From Clostridia bacterium (lineage in GTDB: Bacteria; Bacillota; Clostridia; Christensenellales; Aristaeellaceae), in NCBI GenBank assembly GCA_016296675.1, contig JAEDIV010000001.1, positions 1-55,944 on the forward strand: a DNA stretch of 55,944 nt. The letters are read 5' to 3'. Shown here one piece after another: positions 44,571 through 53,213 of this stretch. Under the pieces are notes generated by a model. It made no database searches and had not been told where the DNA came from. It saw only the letters and a list, made by a program, of their open reading frames with translations. The translations under genes and the position numbers were made by a program. Every line of letters starts with the position of its first letter. Position 1 is the first letter of the stretch.

Positions 44571-45380
44571 TTATTTTCGGGGAAGAAAGCCGTAGAAATG
44601 AACGATATTCATGTCCTGCGGCATATCCAGCCCGTGAGAGCCGCATTCGCCGTCGATCTCATGGCAGCCGTGATCCGGCAAAAAGCCGAAAAGCACATTG
44701 TGTTTCTGCCATTTTTCCCTGATCAGTTCAACAAACGCATGGTAGGTTTCTGCGTTGTGCGTAATCTGATTGAGCGAGATCTCCGCCTCCGGGCCGAACT
44801 TATGCATGGTGGAATCGTAGTTTCCGTTGTACACGACAATCGCGTCGTGCTCATCTTTCAAAATCAGCTCTCTGGCCTTTTGGTTGACCTCGTCCACCGT
44901 CTTGTAAAAATAATAGTCCGCATCCCTTTCAAGGAAAATGCGCGAAATGCTGTCGCCGTCGGTGCAGACGATGGCGACCTTTTTGCCTGATGATATCATC
45001 TCGTCAAAGAATGTGCGAACCGTCAGAACCGGCTTTTCGTATTTTCGGATGCCGTGCACTTCGGGAAGCACGCCCGAATACATGCTGGCAAAGCATACCG
45101 GCGTCACGCTCGGCATAACGGAAAGCACAGGAAGCGCCATATTGCTCGATGAAATGGCTTTTTCAAAAAGATGCGTGTATTTCTGATACAGCCACAGGGC
45201 AATCGCGTCAGGATTATAAATAAACAGCCTTTCCGCTTTCTGCCCCGAGAAGCGCTCCTTCATTTTGGCAAGCACCGCCCGATTCGCATCATCCATGTTC
45301 CCGTTTTTTAAAACGCCCATCGCGTTTAAAAGCGTTGCAGCAGTTTGGGTAATCCGGTACGAATTGTATACATCATCCAT
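44571..45380 (-). CDS. alkaline-phosphatase-superfamily phosphodiesterase / nucleotide pyrophosphatase-like protein
   Basis: Start ATG 45380, 8 nt after GGGAGGG. MPSVTPVCFASMYSGVLPEVHGI and PDHGCHE...GSHG resemble type I phosphodiesterase motifs. No signal peptide. Confidence 0.7.
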   Translation of the reverse strand: MDDVYNSYRITQTAATLLNAMGVLKNGNMDDANRAVLAKMKERFSGQKAERLFIYNPDAIALWLYQKYTHLFEKAISSSNMALPVLSVMPSVTPVCFASMYSGVLPEVHGIRKYEKPVLTVRTFFDEMISSGKKVAIVCTDGDSISRIFLERDADYYFYKTVDEVNQKARELILKDEHDAIVVYNGNYDSTMHKFGPEAEISLNQITHNAETYHAFVELIREKWQKHNVLFGFLPDHGCHEIDGECGSHGLDMPQDMNIVHFYGFLPRK

Positions 45381-47574
45381 TGTCTGAACCCTCCCTGAAT
45401 CTGTCCTTGGGGGCAACCATTTTATCAAGATTCACAAGCATTGCCGGAAGAAGCAAAACGACCAGCAGCATGGAAATGACCGCGCCGCGGGAGAGCATCT
45501 GCCCGATCGAATAGATGTAATAGACGCTGCATACATTTCCGATGATGAAGCCGGAAAGGGCCAGGATCACGCCGGAAGTGAAGATCGTTGGAAGCGATGC
45601 CTCCATTGCATCAATAATCGCTTCCCTCGGCATCTTCTCCCGTCTGCTTCTTACATAATTGCGCGAAAGCAAAATCGCATAATCAATCGTCGCGCCCATC
45701 ATGATGGCGGTAATAATCAGATAGCACATAAAGAAGATTTTTTCGCCGATCAGGGTGGAAAACGAAAGCGTGACCCAGATTGCGCCCTGTATGACGCACA
45801 CGAGAATCACCGGTATCACAATTTTTCTGAATGAAAGGAAGATAATCAGAACAACAGCGGCAATCGAAATCAGGTTCACAATCAGCATATCGCTTTCAAA
45901 TGCCGACGAAATATCATAAGACGACATCGTCGCCCCAGCTACGCCCACTTCTTCGCCCGGATAGGTATCCTTAAGAATCTGCGTGATTTCATCCAGCACT
46001 CGAAACATTTCGTCCCCAAAATAGGGAATATCCATAAGCAGAATCATCCGGGAATAAGTTTTGCCGACAAACATGCTTCTTGCAAAATCCAGCGTCTCCT
46101 TAAGCGTCTGAATCATCTTGTTTTCCGTCATGATTTCAGCTGCCTTGTCGACAAGCGCGTCTCCGCGCACACAGGTGCCAAAGCCCATGGAGCCTGTATA
46201 CATGCCAAGCGCGATCTCGGAAATGCCGCTCAGCTGCGAGATTTCCTTAAGCGAATAATACTTGACCGCCGCTTCGCCTGTCGTTACAAGCGAGGTTATG
46301 CTGGTCACAGCGGGCCTTCCCTGATAAGAAACGCTCATCAGCTTGTCAATCATCTGCCTTTGCGTATCCAGCGCTTCATCCGACATATCCGCCGGGAACA
46401 AAAGCACCAGCTGGTTGGATAGGCCAAACACGCGGCTTACAATGTTGGATTCGATATTGGAGGAATCATCCGTAAACACATATTCGTTCTTTCCTTGAAA
46501 TGCGCAGGAGACAACGATCACTGCAATCAACACAACCGGAAGAATCTTCCGCGCCGCATAAGCAAACGCGCCGATCTTCCCTCCGCCCAGCCGCACAGGC
46601 TTGTGGCTGAATCTTTCAAGCTCGCGGGAGAACGCCAGAATCAGCGCCGGCATCAGGAAAAACACCGTCAACATGCTGATCAGTATGCCCTTGGACAGCA
46701 CAATTCCGATGTCAAAACCCACGGTGAAGCTCATGAACATCAAAGACACAAGGCCCGCAATCGTCGTAAGGGCGCTGGAGGAAACCGGCATGAACACTCT
46801 TTTAAGCGCTCTCTCCATCGCTTCTGCGCGATCCTTCGACTCCTTCAGAATATCGCAGTAATCGTGAAGGAGCATGATCGAATAGTCCATCGCCAGCGCC
46901 AGCTGCAATATCGCGCACACGGCAAACGTCACAAACGAAATCGAGGGGAATATCCAGTTTGTGCCCATATTGATCACGATTGACACGATCAGCACGATGA
47001 TGAAAATCACCGGATCAAACCAGGAATGCGACGTCAAAAGCAAAACGGCCAGCACAACCGCCGACGCAATCGCCATCGCGATCACGACTTCGCGCATAAT
47101 GTTTTCCTTGAGCTTGATCGTCTGCGGCGCAGGCCCGCTTAAATGGAACTTTCCAATATCTGCGCGCGCATCAAATTCTTCCATCAAATCAAGCACAAAC
47201 TGAACCGAGTCCTCGCACTCCAGAAATACTTCAATGCGCTCATACTTTACGCCGTCCATAATGCGCGTATTGCTCTCGGGATTGTGCATTGCGCGAAGTA
47301 TGCCCTCGCGCGCATGCAGATCGGATGCAACCGCGCCGCACACGCCGTCATCCAGATTTTCAAACATGATGGTCAATTGATCGGTGTTTCCGAAGTCCTT
47401 CTCCATCATGTCCAGCGACTTTCGCGTAACCGTATCCGCGCTCAGATAATCGGTAAAATCATAATTGATCACTGTCTTTCCGATCAAACAGGCTGACACG
47501 ACCGTCAAAACAGCAAATATTAAAATCATCTGCCTCCGCATCAAAACAACGCGCCGGGCAATTTTTCCAAGCAT
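45373..47574 (-). CDS. MMPL/RND-superfamily membrane transporter
   Basis: 733 aa. Two 6-TM bundles, each preceded by a large extracytoplasmic domain. SD GGAGGG. Its stop overlaps the downstream start by 8 nt. Confidence 0.85.
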   Translation of the reverse strand: MLGKIARRVVLMRRQMILIFAVLTVVSACLIGKTVINYDFTDYLSADTVTRKSLDMMEKDFGNTDQLTIMFENLDDGVCGAVASDLHAREGILRAMHNPESNTRIMDGVKYERIEVFLECEDSVQFVLDLMEEFDARADIGKFHLSGPAPQTIKLKENIMREVVIAMAIASAVVLAVLLLTSHSWFDPVIFIIVLIVSIVINMGTNWIFPSISFVTFAVCAILQLALAMDYSIMLLHDYCDILKESKDRAEAMERALKRVFMPVSSSALTTIAGLVSLMFMSFTVGFDIGIVLSKGILISMLTVFFLMPALILAFSRELERFSHKPVRLGGGKIGAFAYAARKILPVVLIAVIVVSCAFQGKNEYVFTDDSSNIESNIVSRVFGLSNQLVLLFPADMSDEALDTQRQMIDKLMSVSYQGRPAVTSITSLVTTGEAAVKYYSLKEISQLSGISEIALGMYTGSMGFGTCVRGDALVDKAAEIMTENKMIQTLKETLDFARSMFVGKTYSRMILLMDIPYFGDEMFRVLDEITQILKDTYPGEEVGVAGATMSSYDISSAFESDMLIVNLISIAAVVLIIFLSFRKIVIPVILVCVIQGAIWVTLSFSTLIGEKIFFMCYLIITAIMMGATIDYAILLSRNYVRSRREKMPREAIIDAMEASLPTIFTSGVILALSGFIIGNVCSVYYIYSIGQMLSRGAVISMLLVVLLLPAMLVNLDKMVAPKDRFREGSDNG

Positions 47575-47599
47575 CGTAACTCCCTCCGTTCAATATACC

Positions 47600-47628
47600 A
47601 TTATAGCACACATGAAGGCGCGCGAAAA
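47600..47628 (-). promoter_or_regulatory. extended -10 promoter for the MMPL operon
   Basis: Minus strand: TGC-TATAAT (-10 at 47605-47600, with upstream TG) and a weak -35 TTTTCG (47628-47623). Confidence 0.45.
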
Positions 47629-47696
47629 GAAGAAAACTTCCGTTTTCTGCCGGAATTTGTAGTCACAGAGACAGTTTTCAGAAGCGCCGTAAGATT

Positions 47697-47884
47697 AAAA
47701 GGGTCTGTCTCATTAAGAATAAAACCTCAAAAAGCAACACAGCGGGACGGGAAACCCGTCCCCTACAGGAAGAAAACAGCTTCTTCATTATGTAGGGGAC
47801 AGGTATCCCGTCCCGTAGTCTTTGATCATTTCATGGAGATACACGATTCACGGAGTTTGAATGGATTTTGAGACAGCGCCTTTT
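47697..47884. repeat. ~190-bp MITE-like composite element, copy 2 (inverted relative to copy 1)
   Basis: TIRs AAAAGGGTCTGTCTCA (47697-47712) and TGAGACAGCGCCTTTT (47869-47884). Internal REP pair at 47743-47766 and 47792-47815. Roughly 80% identical by eye to the reverse complement of copy 1. Confidence 0.8.
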
Positions 47885-47886
47885 CG

Positions 47887-49554
47887 TCAGTTTGCCTGTG
47901 TTCCTTCCGGATTTTTGTTCTTCACGGCCGCTTCATACAGCGCCTTGATCTTTTTGTCATACGTCAAGCCCCGTCTGATGCGCTCAATCAGCTGCGTCTT
48001 TCCTTCAAACTCCATCATCTCGATGCAGGCAAGCGCCTGCTCGGCGTTTTCGGGCTTGAAAAAACCAAGCGCATAGAATTCCTTGGCCAATTCGTTTCGC
48101 TGAAGCATCGCCATGGGGCTTGAGCGCTGAGGGCGGATTTTGATGTCGAAAACGGGCGCCGAATAGAATCTTTCCGCGTCTTCACCCTTTGCGCGGATGC
48201 GGGCATTACAAAAGTACACATATTTCTGTCCGTTCTCTGCCCCCATCACCCTGAAACATCTGGGCTCCGTATAGAACTGGCGGATGAGCTCTATGATCAG
48301 ATGGCAGATGCGGGTAAATGCGCGGTAGCTGCTTTTGAGCGCGTCGCGCGAAAGCTTGTCTCCTGCGCTTTGAAGCGCCATGATCGCGCCGGCCGCCGTT
48401 ACGCCGCTGGCGGATGAACCCTGGGAAAAGTCACGGTTACCGCTGGTTTCCTTTAGCTCGTCGATCTTTCCGTTCAGTATCGCGATCAGCGCGCTGCTGA
48501 CCGGGCGCATTTCGATCTGGCGAAGGCTGTCCGTCGGCGCAGAGCCGCCCTGATAATGCACAAAATCATTGTTCCAGTCCGCGTATTCCTCTTCGTTGAT
48601 CGATCCGTCCGAACGGATGAAAAAGCGGGGTCTGGCGGACATGAGCGCGCTTTTCAGGATGACGCTGTTGAGTTTATCGATATACATCTGCGGCTGCTTG
48701 CATACATCAATAAAGCCAAACCCTGCCGGAGAATCCGCCTCCTGGAACTGTACGTCAAACACAAACGGATACTGACCGTGATCATAATAGCCGCGTTCAA
48801 AATATCGTTCGTCGTTTTCCGACGCATACAGAAGTTCGCCCGAGACAAACTTCACAAAATGCACGATGTCGCGTCCGTTTACGCGCTTTTTGTAATACCA
48901 GTCGACCACAACGCTCCTGTCGCCCGTCTCATGACGGGTATTTCTGTAATTGGTTTCAGTAATTAGTCCGCCCTTCAGCTTGCCCTCCAGAAACGGCCAC
49001 GCCTCCAGAAGCGTTTCGTTATCCACACTCTCGATGTGAAATATGTTTTTGGAATACTGGATGTTTTTAATGCCCGGCTCCCAGTATATTGAAAGCGGAT
49101 CAATGGGCCTGATATCGATATCGCCCATTCCGCCCATTCTAGACGGATTCCAGAAAACGCCGGTAATGCCCGTTCCGCCCTTTAATTTCGTCCACCACAC
49201 ATCGGAATAAACTTCCTCATAGTCGTTCTGCTCCAAAATAACGGGCAAAATCGCGCTCAGCGCATCCGCATCGGGCTGATCGCTCTCTTCTCTTGGAAGC
49301 AGGAAGGGCTCGGGATAATTGTCCATGGCATCGGCATGCTTTCCCGCGATGGAATTCAAAAGCCATGCGCTGGTCGCATTGATTTCTTCCGGGTCTTTTC
49401 TCAAAAGCGGATCCGCTCGGCGCAGGCGATACCATTCCTCGTTGTCGATAAGCCGCGCTTCCAAAGATGCCTTGGCATTTCTGTATTTGATCAGCGTTCT
49501 TTCGGCTTCCTGGATTTTCTCTTTGGTAATCGGCGAGTTTAAGGGAAACAGCAT
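47887..49554 (-). CDS. phage portal protein
   Basis: 555-aa ORF 21 nt downstream of the terminase large subunit gene. Size and position are typical of portals, and the N-terminal region (NEEWYRLRR...SAWLLNSIAGKHADAMDNYPEP) resembles portal proteins as I recall them. Confidence 0.7.
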   Translation of the reverse strand: MLFPLNSPITKEKIQEAERTLIKYRNAKASLEARLIDNEEWYRLRRADPLLRKDPEEINATSAWLLNSIAGKHADAMDNYPEPFLLPREESDQPDADALSAILPVILEQNDYEEVYSDVWWTKLKGGTGITGVFWNPSRMGGMGDIDIRPIDPLSIYWEPGIKNIQYSKNIFHIESVDNETLLEAWPFLEGKLKGGLITETNYRNTRHETGDRSVVVDWYYKKRVNGRDIVHFVKFVSGELLYASENDERYFERGYYDHGQYPFVFDVQFQEADSPAGFGFIDVCKQPQMYIDKLNSVILKSALMSARPRFFIRSDGSINEEEYADWNNDFVHYQGGSAPTDSLRQIEMRPVSSALIAILNGKIDELKETSGNRDFSQGSSASGVTAAGAIMALQSAGDKLSRDALKSSYRAFTRICHLIIELIRQFYTEPRCFRVMGAENGQKYVYFCNARIRAKGEDAERFYSAPVFDIKIRPQRSSPMAMLQRNELAKEFYALGFFKPENAEQALACIEMMEFEGKTQLIERIRRGLTYDKKIKALYEAAVKNKNPEGTQAN

Positions 49555-49575
49555 AAATCTTCTCCTTTCAAAAAA

Positions 49576-51012
49576 TCATATGCGGTAAAACCGCGCATTC
49601 GAATTTTTCTTAAGATCCAGGGGATCCTCCCCCGGCACGCCTGTTTTCTGAGACGCTTGGGGCGAAATGGGATTTTCCATGAGCACATAGCGGCATTCAT
49701 CGTAGATATGGTCTTCCTGCGCGGAATTGATGTCCTCCACCATGCGCGTGTCATAGGTGAGCGACGGCACGGTTCTTATAAAATGCACACAGGTATTGAA
49801 CACCTGAAACATGGGCCTGCCGTCTTTCTGGAAAGCAAACCGATAATGAAACTGCATCTTTCCCGGAAGGCGCGTGTTGTCGCCCGGCTGGAAATAACAG
49901 TAATTCGGATGCCTGGCCATCATAGCGGCGACGGATTCGCCCCTCGATTCATCAAAAATGGATGGATCGGCCACGCCTGTTATGGTTCTGCCTCTCAAAA
50001 GCTCGTTTTCGTTTTCCATTCTTCGTATGTTTTCGGCAATCTTGTCGGGCGCTTCGCGCGTTCCCTCATTGGGCGTTCCCGTACAGCCGTATAGTTCGCA
50101 TATCCGAAACAGCCTTCCGTCCTCATCCGCCGCATACCATCCGACAGAATACGGACGCGCATAGCCGAAATCGAGCCCGCGCCATATGCGCCAGGCGCGC
50201 GGAATCTTGAATGGTTTGATCACATGGGTAAACAGTCCGTCTTCATAGTGACTCGGATCATTCACCCATTCCCTGAACACCTGTCCGTCGAACGAATCCC
50301 AGTTGCCGTACAGCTGTGCGTTTCTCTGCGCCTCGGGCAGCATGGCCAGATTCGCAAGATAGCTCCTGTCGTTTTCCAGAAGCGCGTTGTTGTCATACAC
50401 CGTCGCAGGAATGAAAATGCGGCTCCTTTCCTGCTTTTCTTCCTTCCCTTCCGGCGTTCGGATGACGCAGGTTTCGGTCACGGGCGTCATGGGCGGCGCA
50501 CAGGTGATGAATCTGTCCTTCACCCAGCCGTGTCCTACGCCGCCGGGATTTGTCGTCGCGCGCATGCCCACAAACGTTCCCGGCCCGGACGGTCGGTTTC
50601 TTGAAAACATAAACGAATATTCATCCCACGTGAAATGGGTAAGCTCGTCAAAAATGATGAGGTCAAACTGACGGCCTCTGTAGCTTTCCGTGTCGCTTGA
50701 GGTGTGCATGTTGCCAAACGACACCCTCGCGCCGGAGGGAAACGTCCATCGGTGCGCAGTGGAATTGTATTTGACCCCCGGAAACATTCTTGGATAGTAC
50801 AGGCGGGATTTATCGATCAGCTCCGTCAGCTGCGGATAGGTCTTTCGAAGAATCAGCGCCTGAAAATGCGGAATATGCACCCAATACAAGGGCAGCATGA
50901 CCGCAGCCTCGCTCTTTCCTCCGCCCGCTGCGCCGCCGTAAAGGCACTCATATTCCCGCCGCCGCAGAAACATCGCCTGCTTGGGCTGCGGACGCCAGAT
51001 AACATTATGCAT
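49576..51012 (-). CDS. phage terminase large subunit
   Basis: Walker A YGGAAGGGKS and Walker B LIIFDELTHF, with a C-terminal nuclease-like half. I prefer ATG 51012, 6 nt after GGAGG. Overlaps the end of the upstream ORF. Confidence 0.85.
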   Translation of the reverse strand: MHNVIWRPQPKQAMFLRRREYECLYGGAAGGGKSEAAVMLPLYWVHIPHFQALILRKTYPQLTELIDKSRLYYPRMFPGVKYNSTAHRWTFPSGARVSFGNMHTSSDTESYRGRQFDLIIFDELTHFTWDEYSFMFSRNRPSGPGTFVGMRATTNPGGVGHGWVKDRFITCAPPMTPVTETCVIRTPEGKEEKQERSRIFIPATVYDNNALLENDRSYLANLAMLPEAQRNAQLYGNWDSFDGQVFREWVNDPSHYEDGLFTHVIKPFKIPRAWRIWRGLDFGYARPYSVGWYAADEDGRLFRICELYGCTGTPNEGTREAPDKIAENIRRMENENELLRGRTITGVADPSIFDESRGESVAAMMARHPNYCYFQPGDNTRLPGKMQFHYRFAFQKDGRPMFQVFNTCVHFIRTVPSLTYDTRMVEDINSAQEDHIYDECRYVLMENPISPQASQKTGVPGEDPLDLKKNSNARFYRI

Positions 51013-51454
51013 TCCCATCCTCCGGCTGAGGCAGCAAAACGACGCCCGTTTCCTGTTCCGGTTTGTCCGGCGGCGCGATCTTCTTTTCCTCAATCTCAAG
51101 CTTCTTAAGCGTCATGCATCTTTCGCTCTCTGCTTCCGGCGGCAACAATCCATACAGCCCCCGGACAACATCCGTGAGCTCCCGTATCGCCGAAATCACA
51201 TCGCGCAGATGCCGGACATTTCTGGTTTTGAGTTCAGCTTCCCTGATCTCACCGGACGATTTTTCCTGAAAGATGTGGCGCATGAATTGAGATTTGTCCT
51301 TCAGCATATCTATAATTTCGTCCGCCGCCATCTCCGCGCATTTTTTGAGCGCTTCCATCTGGCTTGCAGACGAGGGCTTTTTCCCCTTGCCGGGCTTGAT
51401 GCGCGTAATCGGTGCATCCGCGCCGTCCTGCCAGCCGTTTTTCTTTTCTTCCAC
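51005..51454 (-). CDS. putative terminase small subunit / phage packaging protein
   Basis: 149-aa ORF. GTG start 7 nt after AGGAGG. Overlaps the terL start. The call rests on position only; I saw no clear N-terminal HTH. Confidence 0.35.
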   Translation of the reverse strand: MEEKKNGWQDGADAPITRIKPGKGKKPSSASQMEALKKCAEMAADEIIDMLKDKSQFMRHIFQEKSSGEIREAELKTRNVRHLRDVISAIRELTDVVRGLYGLLPPEAESERCMTLKKLEIEEKKIAPPDKPEQETGVVLLPQPEDGNA

Positions 51455-51519
51455 TTTCGGCCCTCCTTTCAGATACTGAGTGTATACGCTTTCCTACCTC
51501 TCCTTCTACACGCCCGTAA

Positions 51520-52980
<1,461 letters not shown>

Positions 52981-53000
52981 ATCAATATGCATAACAAAAC

Positions 53001-53033
53001 CGGGCCGATGCAGTGCGCATCAGCCCGTTTTTT
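53001..53033 (+). terminator. intrinsic terminator of gdhA
   Basis: CGGGCCGATGC (53001-53011) pairs with GCATCAGCCCG (53017-53027) with one mismatch, followed by T6. Confidence 0.75.
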
Positions 53034-53052
53034 ATAAACAAGACTCCCTTGT

Positions 53053-53088
53053 GTAAAGGGAGCTGTCAGCAAAGGTGACTTAGGGATT
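53053..53088. repeat. second intergenic repeat family, copy 2
   Basis: GTAAAGGGAGCTGTCAGCAAAGGTGACTTAGGGATT; compare 40815-40850. Confidence 0.75.
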
Positions 53089-53213
53089 CCCCCGTTCTTT
53101 TTACAAAATATACAATCATCCGTCAATCCCTCCGCCTGCCTTTCGCGTATCTGCCTCCCTTTCCGCAAGCAAGGCTTTCGTCAATAAGCAATCCCAGAGT
53201 ATTTTTTCCCTTC

